Below, piece after piece: positions 48,413 through 58,087 of a stretch of 64,000 nt of DNA. Source of the stretch: Spirochaetia bacterium (GTDB lineage: Bacteria; Spirochaetota; Spirochaetia; SP-2023). A model generated the notes under the pieces. That model made no database searches. It worked only from the letters and a program-made list of their open reading frames with translations, and was not told the DNA's origin. Position 1 is the stretch's first letter. Every line of letters begins with the position of its first letter. The stretch lies in NCBI GenBank assembly GCA_965263295.1, contig OZ253665.1:1056001-1120000 (forward strand), given 5' to 3'. The translations under genes and the position numbers were made by a program.

Positions 48413-48527
48413 TGACAGGATTGCTTTTATCTTGGCTCAACTCCTTGTCCTGGAACGCCTAGGGAGTTTGCAAGTTCAGTTCTTGGTGGTCCAAAATCAT
48501 TTGAAGTTAAGGTGCCCGAAAATTGTT

Positions 48528-49637
48528 ATGATTGATTCAGCTTCTGATGCCCACAAGCCTCACGTAAAAACATCGTTCTGGAACCCGCCAGCTTCGCAGA
48601 GTTGCGACGACCACGATTTTTTTAACCTTTTCTATATTAGTATATTGTCTACAGATAGCCTGATAGACTTAGAAGCGAACCTGTTCTCCTTTATGCATGA
48701 AGTCTTACAACAACAGACGTGCCTGTTCTACAGCAATATAGACCAGATTGAGGACAAGGCTGCCTTCGTCTTGCAACGCGGTAGCTATTCAACAAGGCTT
48801 TCAAGGGAGCCCCTCAAAAATATCTTTCCGACAATGATCACGCTAGATATCGATCATGAAGCATTAAAATTACAGAGTCTGCATAACTGTAACGACATAA
48901 ATCAAAATCATGATTTAAGGACAAACTTTTTTTCTGTCAATTCACAGCCCCCGACACATTCGTTCATAACGCAATTTAAAAATTCTGGCAACGATCTTCG
49001 TTGTGGCATGTTGCTACACAATGGCAGAGAAATCCATGGTGTTCTGCTGTACGAGCGCCCATTCCACCACCCGTATTTAAACACTCCGCTACGGCTGCAG
49101 CAATTCCAAGCCTTCTTGTCAATGTCCCTCGCTCACCGTCAGACTCTAAACTATGCGACTTTGGATCAGCTGACAGACCTGCATCGCAAATACTATTTTC
49201 TGAATCTAGTCCAGCGTCAGCTATATAAAAACCATAAAGACCATCAACTAATGATTATTGATATTGATTTATTTAAGAAATTTAACGATACCTATGGACA
49301 TCTAGAAGGTGACAATTGCCTCAAAAGTATTGCTAAAGCGATTAAAAACTCTTTGCGCAATCACGATGTCGCCGGGCGTTTTGGCGGTGAAGAATTGATC
49401 TGCCTTATTCAGAGTAATCTCAAACAAGGCCTTGTTGTCGCTCAACGCATTCACGATACAATTAAGAAGATCAGCCTGCGCAGCTCTACAGGCGATATGC
49501 TCCCTGTGCCGACGGTGTCCATAGGTATCGCCAGCTTCCGACAAGGAGAGGCGTTGAACCAATTAATAGAAAGGGCAGATAAAGCACTCTATCAGGCCAA
49601 ACAGAGTGGCCGCAATCAAACAGTCACTTCCAGCTGA
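48528..49637 (+). CDS. Cytoplasmic diguanylate cyclase (GAF-like + GGDEF, GGEEL variant)
   Basis: DQLTDL, DIDLFKKFNDTYGH, RNHD I-site, RFGGEEL and AKQSGRN. ATG 48528 preferred because the promoter overlaps the TTG at 48384. Confidence 0.88.
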   Translation: MIDSASDAHKPHVKTSFWNPPASQSCDDHDFFNLFYISILSTDSLIDLEANLFSFMHEVLQQQTCLFYSNIDQIEDKAAFVLQRGSYSTRLSREPLKNIFPTMITLDIDHEALKLQSLHNCNDINQNHDLRTNFFSVNSQPPTHSFITQFKNSGNDLRCGMLLHNGREIHGVLLYERPFHHPYLNTPLRLQQFQAFLSMSLAHRQTLNYATLDQLTDLHRKYYFLNLVQRQLYKNHKDHQLMIIDIDLFKKFNDTYGHLEGDNCLKSIAKAIKNSLRNHDVAGRFGGEELICLIQSNLKQGLVVAQRIHDTIKKISLRSSTGDMLPVPTVSIGIASFRQGEALNQLIERADKALYQAKQSGRNQTVTSS

Positions 49638-49681
49638 TTCTCCCCCGGCCTGCAATACAAAATGCTACACCATGAGATGCC

Positions 49682-51070
49682 ATGCATAACAGCGGCACTA
49701 GTTACCTATTAATGCACGACAATCAATATCTGGCCTTTCAAGAACAGATACAGGATGCCCAAATTGATGAAAGCGAAATACTTCCCGACGCGTTTACTGA
49801 TTTCTGGCAAGATTGGTTTAGACTCTCACAGCAAAATTGCAACGACTTCTTTCAGCTATTACAAATCCTAGAACGATTACTATTTCAAAGTGCCGATGAA
49901 CTATTAACTCACGAACTGAGTAGTGCTCTGTGCAAGGCTTTGCGCTTTTGGCAACTACAAATACAACGCTATAATGAAGGCGAAAATCAAACGGACAGAT
50001 TTCTGCACTTTCCTAATGCATCGCAAATTCCCAAACATAACCCGCAAAAAGTTAATAGAACTGATACCGCTGTTCGTGTCAGCCTCAAAGTTCTAATTCA
50101 TACCTGGGAGAAGTTCCTGCAAAAATTTATACCACAGCTGAATCATCACCGCAGTATCATAATGAAAGCTATAGCCGTACCGTATAGTTTTAGCGGACTA
50201 GCAATCATTCAGGGCATTGATAAAGAAATCCTACAACAAGATAGCTCGCTCTCCCCCTACTCTTCCATTCATTCAAACATTAGTAAACAGAACTCCCGCA
50301 ATATTCAGGACAGCGCCATTCAGCACTCCTGGGGCGTAGATCTGCTGACAGCCAAGTTCCAGAAAACTATCGGCAAGTTGCCCCAAGCAGAACAATTACT
50401 CCAAAGTCTGATCCACACCCTGCAGCCCAATGTGCACAATGCCACTTTTAGCGCTGTAACTTTTGAACTATGTGATATTTACCAGCAAATGGAACAAGAT
50501 AAACTTTTTCGGCAACATATACGACATCTAGTGCTGCAAAATCCGGCAAATTGGGATTTTACTCTAGTCGGTGGCCAATTCTGCAGCCAACTATTAAATA
50601 AACTGCCTCATCGGATCCGCAATCACTTTCACAGCAACGATCCTGTGGCCCTGAACTGGGCAGGCCTCTATGCATTGGCAGCTGGAGAATATGGCCCTGG
50701 CGATACATTGAATCGCCAGATGCAGAAAGCCTACTGGGCACAGATCCTACAGCTAAAAAAATCAATCAGTGATCAGAAATTATCCGTCAAGCAACATGAA
50801 AGCCAAAAGAATCTGGGTCTTTTAAAGGAAAAAAATCCGGCCTCAAGTCACCAGACAAGACAGAGCACTAACATAGAATTTTATACCTTGCAAAGAGCAC
50901 AGTTACTAGTCTACTATATTCTAATTTTAGAACATTTAAACTGGGTTCGCAAGTCAGAAAGCTCCCGCCAGGTACTAGAAGAAAATTCAGCATTATGGCA
51001 AAATGTAATGATCGAAATTTATTCGCTATCAGAAGACATATCCCAACGGTGTAGAAATCGTTTTTCCTGA
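49682..51070 (+). CDS. Hypothetical alpha-helical, Gln-rich protein
   Basis: 462-aa ORF filling the gap before greA; no recognisable motif. Confidence 0.7.
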   Translation: MHNSGTSYLLMHDNQYLAFQEQIQDAQIDESEILPDAFTDFWQDWFRLSQQNCNDFFQLLQILERLLFQSADELLTHELSSALCKALRFWQLQIQRYNEGENQTDRFLHFPNASQIPKHNPQKVNRTDTAVRVSLKVLIHTWEKFLQKFIPQLNHHRSIIMKAIAVPYSFSGLAIIQGIDKEILQQDSSLSPYSSIHSNISKQNSRNIQDSAIQHSWGVDLLTAKFQKTIGKLPQAEQLLQSLIHTLQPNVHNATFSAVTFELCDIYQQMEQDKLFRQHIRHLVLQNPANWDFTLVGGQFCSQLLNKLPHRIRNHFHSNDPVALNWAGLYALAAGEYGPGDTLNRQMQKAYWAQILQLKKSISDQKLSVKQHESQKNLGLLKEKNPASSHQTRQSTNIEFYTLQRAQLLVYYILILEHLNWVRKSESSRQVLEENSALWQNVMIEIYSLSEDISQRCRNRFS

Positions 51071-51134
51071 ACAGCTTAGCCCTCTCAGACCAGTGATTAC
51101 GATAGCGATATAGCCAATGGAGGTTCTATATCAT

Positions 51135-53858
51135 ATGGCCAATGACATCCTGCAAGAGATAGAGCGTCAACTTACCGCAGAACAATGGACTCGTACGCCT
51201 ATCGCAGAATTTACCATCGGTAACTTCAAGGATTTTGACCAACTGTTGGAACGGATTTTCGATGCGGGCAAACAAAATGCAGCCAAAGAACTCTGCAAAA
51301 ATTTCCTTGAACAAAATAAAAATAGCGTTATCGCACTATATCTCTGCGGGATCATATCTTTACATCGTCAGCAAATTGATGATGCCTATATGCTTTCTGT
51401 CATTGACTATTTCCACAAGCACAAACGCTGGGGTCTCTGTCGGCACCTCTGTGAGCGCGGCTTGAGTTTCGGTGAAAATGCCGTTATTTTGCGCATTCTG
51501 GCCGAGTGCTGTGAACAGCAAAAACAAGTAGAAGAACTCTACAACGTATGGACACGCCTGGTAAAAGTGGACTACCAGGAGGCGGATATTGTCATGGCTC
51601 TGGCCCGTCATTTCGAAGAGCAGGGCGATACGGCATCGGCCATAGACTTTTATCACAAAGCCGTCAATCGCTACATTAATAACCGTAAGGTCAAAGCGAT
51701 TACCGAAGCCTGGGAGGCTTTGATCCGCCTCGATCTGGATCACATTGATATCTTTGGTCAGATTTCAAGGAAAGTTGCGGCCATTGCGCCTCTACAAGCC
51801 ATCGACAACTTAAACTCGCTTTACGAAGCTTACAAGACTAGCGCCGCCAATAAGGAACGAGTTATTGTGGTGCTAAAGTGGCTGCTTGAACTTGAGCCCA
51901 ATTACCCTCGTACCCGCAAGGCCATAGTCCAGGCTTATCGCGAAATGTATGCCGATCACAGTCACCTTGAAGATTACATTAGATCTTCCAGTCTCGATCA
52001 ATCCTGGCGCAATGTCAGCGAGGCTATTTCTGACTTTGAGAAACACATCTCGTATGACGTAGGCAATTTTGTATATCACAACAATTGGGGCGTGGGTCGC
52101 ATCGCCGAGATCGAAAACGAGAGCATGGTTATCGATTTTTCCAAGAAGCGTGGTCACAAACTGTCAACTCGCATGGCAATTGAAGCCTTACAGAGCCTGC
52201 CAAAGAATCACATATGGGTTCTCAAGAGTGCCGTCAACAAAGAGAAGCTGCATCGACGCGTCAAAAACGACCCGGCCTGGGCGTTGCGCACGGTAATCCA
52301 AAGCTTCAACAATCAAGCTGATATAAAGAAAATCAAAGGTGAATTAGTTCCCCATATCCTGAGTGAAGGCGAGTGGAGCACATGGAGCAAAAACGCGCGA
52401 AAGATGTTAAAAGAAGATGCTTTTTTTGGCGTCCATCCAGAACTACCCAATGTATTTGTCGTCAGGGAAAAACCGATGTCACATGGCGAAAAGCTCGCCA
52501 ACAGTTTTTCTGGTGAAAATGACTTTTTCAAACGACTCAGAATTGCCCAGGAATACCTGACCAGTAATGACGCAGATACCGACTATTTCCTGGAAATGTT
52601 TCGTTATTTCGCATCGAACTTAAAGATTCAGAATATCAACGAACAATATGTCGCTTCGTACTTGTATATCAAGCACTTACAAAAAGATCATCCATTTTTG
52701 ACTATTGAGGCAGAGGTTCCATCTTTTAGTGAAATCTATGCTCAGTTAGAAAAGCCAAGCGAAATTTATGCAAGAATTAGCAATGAAAAGCTGCAGCAAT
52801 TTTTTCTCAACTCCCTGCAAGAAGAGGTGAGCAGTTGGCCCAGCGAAGTGGCGAAGCTCTTTCCGTTGGCACCTAGCGAAATGATTATTGACCTGCTTCT
52901 CGACAATGACCAATTTGAACAGCTCAAAGAGATTGTAGCCAATATCGTCAATCATTTCCGCGAGATGCGAACCGCCTTTGTCTGGCTCATGCAAAACACT
53001 CAGAAAAAGGCTTGGTTTAAAAACTGTCAGATTGCCAGCGAACAGTTAGTCGTCTCCATGCTCCGCCTCTTCGATTTGTCTGCCCGCGATATTTCGAGCA
53101 AGAAAGATGTCCAGGAGAACCGCAGGTCACTGCGCGTACTTTACAAAGTTTTGATCAAAGAAAATTACCTTCGTTGTTTTATTGAAAGTCCAGAGTGCAA
53201 CCTGACTTTTGCCACCCGTATCTATGCTTTGCTGAAAGAAATTGGTCGCATGGATAAAGATATAACCAAACTTGAAGCCAACTGGTTTCAGGACACCTAC
53301 CAACTAATCACTAATCGCTTCCCTAAACTCGACCAGAATACGGGCGAGAGCACGATACCAGACATTATCAGCAGTGCCGGTCAGTTTATCCTTGTGACTG
53401 AATCTGGCTTGGCCCGTCAACGCGAAGAACTGCGCCATATTCTGGAAGTAGAAATACCCCAAAACTCCAAAGAAATTGGCGCGGCCATTGAGTTGGGGGA
53501 TTTGAGCGAGAACGCCGAATACAAGGCGGGCAAGGAAAAACAAGAGGCGCTTAACATTCAGGTCGGCAAGCTGCGCTCTGAAATTGACAAGGCGAAGGTT
53601 TTTAATCCGAGTGACATCAATACCGTAGAAATAGGCTTTGGAACAAAAGTTAATCTACTAAACATGGATAAATCAATGGAAGAAGACTTTGTTATTCTAG
53701 GACCTTGGGAATCGGCCCCGGATAAAGGTGTAATTTCTTACCTTTCGCCATTTGGCAATGCTCTACTCGGAGCGAAAAAAGACGAAGAAGTTTCTTTCGT
53801 AATCAACGAACGAAGATCTCACTACAAAGTCGTGTCCATTGCAAAAGCCGAATTCTAA
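51135..53858 (+). CDS. greA: Transcription elongation factor GreA, long spirochaete form
   Basis: C-terminal GDLSENAEYKAGKE..ILGPWES..ISYLSPFG, large TPR-like N-terminus and FVYHNNWGVG. GGAGG RBS favours ATG 51135. Confidence 0.95.
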   Translation: MANDILQEIERQLTAEQWTRTPIAEFTIGNFKDFDQLLERIFDAGKQNAAKELCKNFLEQNKNSVIALYLCGIISLHRQQIDDAYMLSVIDYFHKHKRWGLCRHLCERGLSFGENAVILRILAECCEQQKQVEELYNVWTRLVKVDYQEADIVMALARHFEEQGDTASAIDFYHKAVNRYINNRKVKAITEAWEALIRLDLDHIDIFGQISRKVAAIAPLQAIDNLNSLYEAYKTSAANKERVIVVLKWLLELEPNYPRTRKAIVQAYREMYADHSHLEDYIRSSSLDQSWRNVSEAISDFEKHISYDVGNFVYHNNWGVGRIAEIENESMVIDFSKKRGHKLSTRMAIEALQSLPKNHIWVLKSAVNKEKLHRRVKNDPAWALRTVIQSFNNQADIKKIKGELVPHILSEGEWSTWSKNARKMLKEDAFFGVHPELPNVFVVREKPMSHGEKLANSFSGENDFFKRLRIAQEYLTSNDADTDYFLEMFRYFASNLKIQNINEQYVASYLYIKHLQKDHPFLTIEAEVPSFSEIYAQLEKPSEIYARISNEKLQQFFLNSLQEEVSSWPSEVAKLFPLAPSEMIIDLLLDNDQFEQLKEIVANIVNHFREMRTAFVWLMQNTQKKAWFKNCQIASEQLVVSMLRLFDLSARDISSKKDVQENRRSLRVLYKVLIKENYLRCFIESPECNLTFATRIYALLKEIGRMDKDITKLEANWFQDTYQLITNRFPKLDQNTGESTIPDIISSAGQFILVTESGLARQREELRHILEVEIPQNSKEIGAAIELGDLSENAEYKAGKEKQEALNIQVGKLRSEIDKAKVFNPSDINTVEIGFGTKVNLLNMDKSMEEDFVILGPWESAPDKGVISYLSPFGNALLGAKKDEEVSFVINERRSHYKVVSIAKAEF

Positions 53859-54047
53859 TCATTTGGTATCAAGAGAAATAACTGTTGCGCCCTCCCCTTG
53901 TCGATACAGTGTCTTTCTTTTGTTTTTCTTATCTCGCTTCAATTTGGCCATGTCCTATCGGCATTGTCGGCACTGTCAAGTCCTTGCCGTTTTGGGGCTT
54001 TTGTTTTTATACTCGTATCTTATACATAGGATTTTGATACCTTAGAT

Positions 54048-54740
54048 ATGAAGATTTTCCTCAACGATGCCGAAAGTCCCTTTGCAAGGTGCTTCATTGA
54101 AATTGCTCACGGCAAGGAACACTCAATTATTGCTGCGCGCCAACAGTTCGGGGACGAAAACAAAAACCTACAATCAAGTGGAGAGTTGGATGGCTCCCCA
54201 CGGATTCTGACCTGGAACTTGGCATCTATTTTCTCTATTCGCTTAATTCTTCGCCAGTGCCAATTTACTTGGGGCAATGCAGAGCCCTGCACATATATAT
54301 TTTTACTACAAAGCAGTATGGTTTCAGCCTCATTGCTGCGCGACAAGCTTCACGAAATACATCAGAAAATTGAGGAGCAATTGTACGGGCAGCTGGTATT
54401 GCTGCGCGAACTAGAAAATCAACGCAGCAAGTTCAGCGGTAACATCCAAGACAATAACCGCCTCGTATTTATTGTTTTAGAAGAGAACAACCCTGTCGAA
54501 CTGTTAGGGGGAAGTATTTACTCGGCGCTGCGCTACTGCTTCCATCAAATGTTGAGCAACAGTAATGACCCTAATATTTTAGGTTTCTACTCACAGAGCA
54601 ATAACTATGAATTATTTAGCACTTTTATTCTGAACCAATTAAAAAAGCGCCCAGAACGCTACATCGGGAAGTGGATCAACTTCAAGGAATCCTGGCTGGG
54701 AAACAGTACCGGCAATAACTTTATGAATCGTTGGAAGTAA
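54048..54740 (+). CDS. Hypothetical protein (degenerate SDR/Rossmann-like)
   Basis: 230-aa ORF with an alpha/beta pattern and no catalytic YxxxK. Confidence 0.6.
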   Translation: MKIFLNDAESPFARCFIEIAHGKEHSIIAARQQFGDENKNLQSSGELDGSPRILTWNLASIFSIRLILRQCQFTWGNAEPCTYIFLLQSSMVSASLLRDKLHEIHQKIEEQLYGQLVLLRELENQRSKFSGNIQDNNRLVFIVLEENNPVELLGGSIYSALRYCFHQMLSNSNDPNILGFYSQSNNYELFSTFILNQLKKRPERYIGKWINFKESWLGNSTGNNFMNRWK

Positions 54741-54744
54741 TTAT

Positions 54745-55995
54745 ATGAGATATCGTCTGCTCAGCTTTACTAGTCTCATTAGCGCTTTAGTGCTATCACT
54801 TATCTTCGTCAGAGCCAGTACCGCTAGCGAGATAGACCGAATTGGCCCAATCCTATCTATTCTGGCAGGCTATATAACCCAAGGTGTCACAATACTAACC
54901 ATCCTCCTCCTACTGACCAGTCTGTGTATTTCAAATAACCGTCTATTGCGTGGGCGCAGCTTCTGGAGGGCTATCCGCTATTTTTTTACTTCGGCTATAG
55001 CCATTTATTCATTAAGTCAAACCATTGCTTTTTTAATTAGTAAATTACCCTTCTTGCCTGGCGACCAGGTACCCGATATTTCTCACATCCATAACTCACT
55101 TTCAGTTTTCGGCCTAAATGCTGAAACCTGGGAGCAAATTCAAAACATCCAGGGATTTTTTTCCTGGGCGTTTACATTTTCCCAATTGAACAACAATCAC
55201 TACATAATCTGGATTGCCACCGCCTCTGTCTTGGCTTTTGTGATGCTGCACGACATGGAAGTTGCCGAACCTACCTATAATCTGACAGACTCAATTAGCC
55301 GTCTGTCTTTCCGGCTCCTGCAAAACCTTTCCGCTCTGCTGACTATTTACCTCGCTATCTATACCATATATATAGTTTGGCAAATTCGCAGCAATGCTCT
55401 TCTCGGTTTTTACATGGGATTCTTCGTTCGCCTGATTGTTGTAACTATCTTGTTATTTATGCTAGCACCTCTATTTCTGTTCTTTGTCTACAAAGATAGA
55501 AACTCACCTAAATTTTTTTGGCAAAGCTTTTTGAATATATTTACCAGTTTCCTCACAGGTAACGCCATGTTCAGTATGGGAGTCCTAATTGTCGAGCAGA
55601 AGAATCACCTTGCAATGCCACGCGACACCAGTGGCATTCTCAACCCTTTAAACCTTTTATTACTGCGCCCTGGCGCAGCGATCGTTCTGGCCTATTCTTT
55701 CATTACCTATTATTCTAGCAATACGCGCTGGCAATTGAATTTTTTCCCAGAAGTATTTTGGTTAGTCATCATTCCCATTGGCTTTGCCATTGTGATTGGA
55801 CTATTTTCCATAACTAATTATTTTATGGTGTTGCCTTTTTATTTTGTTTTATTCGGACTGGGAACAACCGATACTTTTGTTATCATGACCCCGGTACTTT
55901 TGCTGGGTCAAAGTTTCGCAAATTGTATTGACCTGCTGAGCTGGAATCTGTCAAATTATATTTATGACAGATTTCATAATCAAGCCACAGAATAA
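54745..55995 (+). CDS. Polytopic membrane protein, possibly a divergent dicarboxylate/amino acid:cation symporter
   Basis: About 9-10 hydrophobic segments; weak resemblance to spirochaete DAACS proteins. Confidence 0.55.
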   Translation: MRYRLLSFTSLISALVLSLIFVRASTASEIDRIGPILSILAGYITQGVTILTILLLLTSLCISNNRLLRGRSFWRAIRYFFTSAIAIYSLSQTIAFLISKLPFLPGDQVPDISHIHNSLSVFGLNAETWEQIQNIQGFFSWAFTFSQLNNNHYIIWIATASVLAFVMLHDMEVAEPTYNLTDSISRLSFRLLQNLSALLTIYLAIYTIYIVWQIRSNALLGFYMGFFVRLIVVTILLFMLAPLFLFFVYKDRNSPKFFWQSFLNIFTSFLTGNAMFSMGVLIVEQKNHLAMPRDTSGILNPLNLLLLRPGAAIVLAYSFITYYSSNTRWQLNFFPEVFWLVIIPIGFAIVIGLFSITNYFMVLPFYFVLFGLGTTDTFVIMTPVLLLGQSFANCIDLLSWNLSNYIYDRFHNQATE

Positions 55996-56046
55996 ACACA
56001 ACGATATGGGTAACCCAAAACAATAATTGTAGCGTGAGTTTAACCT

Positions 56047-57993
56047 ATGCTAATGCGCTCCCCGCGTAGATCCCGCAATTCCATGATAGCTAGACTAATT
56101 TATTTCATTTTTGGGTGGTTGTACCAGATCGGTCGCTTTACCCTCCAAGAATTCCGCCAATTCTTCAGTGTGCCTAAAAGTGAACTTTCGAAAAACTTCT
56201 GGCTGACCACACGTTATCATATTAATAGTATGGGACTATGGTGCGCCGTCGGCATAGCTGTACTCCACCTGATTTATTACATTGTAGTTCTCTCTTCCCC
56301 AGAAAATCTTCCTGGCCTTGATATTAAAATTGACGAAGAAGGCGGCCTGACCGCCTTACGCAACTTCAACTATCGAACGGCCCACCTTCTCCGAGCATAT
56401 GGATTCCACCTGATTGGCGCGGCACTCTTCACCTTGTTTCTGATCTTCTGGCTTTATATTCATTACGCTTATGGCAATCTATCAAAGCGGATGTCTCTGC
56501 TATTTTGCATCATCTACATAATTGGCAGCAATGTGGAAAGCTTAAGCAGCCTTTCGACATCTTTTGCCGACCTGTGGCTAATTATGACACCGATTATCAT
56601 TATTCCGACAGTCGGCAACTATCGCTCATTGCCTCTGCTGTTGATGAATCTGCTGCTGCATCACCTGTTTGTCAGCTACCAGCCTGGCCCCTATGACATT
56701 CTAACCAGTGTTGCGACCCTGTTTATTGCCGTCTTCATCATGATGATGCAAATGGAATATTATCGCCGTGAAGTATGCCTGCACGAATCGGCCAGCCGCT
56801 TGCGCGAACGCGCCTTAGAAATTGAACTGATCAAAGAAAACATGGACAGTGGCCTAATGCTACTCGACTTGGATTTAAAAATTCGTTCCAACTACAACGA
56901 CATGTGCATTAAGTTACTACACAAAAGTAACTTACGTGGCAAATATTTTCCCCAATTGCTGCGCGACATCGTCGAAGAAAATCAGTATTTTATCAACTCA
57001 ATGAATTATAGCGCGGATCCAGAAGGCGACGAATATAAGCTTGGGGAACTCAATGAATGGGAAGAACGTGTCAAGCATTACTTTGAAATGCTGAAGGCCG
57101 AACAATTAGACGATGATGAACTGGCTTCAATTGATCCTTTGAAATACATCAAGATTTATTCTTACGAAGGGCGTAGCTACGTCAGCTTCCATGTTTCATC
57201 CATTAAGGTTCACGAAAGAATTCAGTATTTTATGGTGCTGCTTAGCAATGATACCGGCAAAGTAGCTGGCCGTTATCGCATTTTGGAACACGAAAGAAAG
57301 CATCTAGAGAGCGCACAGCTGCTATTTGCGCTCTCGCATGGCAGTCCGACTAAACAACTAGAGATGCTGGAGAACTTTGCGCATAGTTATCTGGAGCTCT
57401 GTAAATCTGTCTTGACAGAAGCCCGCGCTACCATCCCGCCCAAACAGTTGATTGAAAAAGTTTGCCAGCATCTCGTAATTATGAAGAATATCTTTTGCGA
57501 GTTGAATCTGGCCAATTATGGAGAGCATGCCGAAGGACTCTTAAAAAAGTGCCATGATTTTTTACAGATAGAACTTGAAGACACTAGCAATGCTATCATC
57601 ATCATTAACAAATTGACACAGACGCGTTATATCGAGCTAATCGTTGATTGTGAACGCTTCTTGCATGAACTGCGTTCCTTGTTTAGTATCGCGACATTTT
57701 TTATTCGCGAGCCGCGATTGGCCGAGGAGTTGCAGGCACTAAAGCAAGCTCTGCACTACGGCCTGAGCCGTGATACCCTACAAACTCAACCTATCGTTAA
57801 TTTTTACGACACACAGCTAAGCCAAGAATGCCAAATGTTTATCAATTTGTATACTGCTTTTGAAATGCTACTCAGCCAGCATGACCTACAACAAGATTTA
57901 AAACGAGTAGAAGAGCGTTTTGCCCGCCAACAGAGCATTAATAGTCACGCGGTGTCGCAGGCGCAAATGCAATCCGAAGCGATTGACAAATAG
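56047..57993 (+). CDS. Membrane sensor-like protein: multi-TM + PAS-like + degenerate HPt-like helices
   Basis: About 5-6 TM segments, then IKENMDSGLMLLDLDLKI...FMVLLSNDT. No HATPase domain. Confidence 0.6.
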   Translation: MLMRSPRRSRNSMIARLIYFIFGWLYQIGRFTLQEFRQFFSVPKSELSKNFWLTTRYHINSMGLWCAVGIAVLHLIYYIVVLSSPENLPGLDIKIDEEGGLTALRNFNYRTAHLLRAYGFHLIGAALFTLFLIFWLYIHYAYGNLSKRMSLLFCIIYIIGSNVESLSSLSTSFADLWLIMTPIIIIPTVGNYRSLPLLLMNLLLHHLFVSYQPGPYDILTSVATLFIAVFIMMMQMEYYRREVCLHESASRLRERALEIELIKENMDSGLMLLDLDLKIRSNYNDMCIKLLHKSNLRGKYFPQLLRDIVEENQYFINSMNYSADPEGDEYKLGELNEWEERVKHYFEMLKAEQLDDDELASIDPLKYIKIYSYEGRSYVSFHVSSIKVHERIQYFMVLLSNDTGKVAGRYRILEHERKHLESAQLLFALSHGSPTKQLEMLENFAHSYLELCKSVLTEARATIPPKQLIEKVCQHLVIMKNIFCELNLANYGEHAEGLLKKCHDFLQIELEDTSNAIIIINKLTQTRYIELIVDCERFLHELRSLFSIATFFIREPRLAEELQALKQALHYGLSRDTLQTQPIVNFYDTQLSQECQMFINLYTAFEMLLSQHDLQQDLKRVEERFARQQSINSHAVSQAQMQSEAIDK

Positions 57994-58087
57994 AAGGTTT
58001 TCTTTTTTGTTCTTACCTGTCAAATAAACCCATAGAATTCAGACTATAATATTCGCCATATGCAAATTTTGAAGAGGATCACCCGTG

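Noticed and set aside
48384..48527. TTG start and N-terminal extension of the second GGDEF protein, and ORF 48202-48387
   Set aside because: The TTG coincides with the -35 box. The small ORF has no RBS or motif.
51135..53858. Giant GreA as a novelty
   Set aside because: The long N-terminally extended GreA is a known spirochaete feature.
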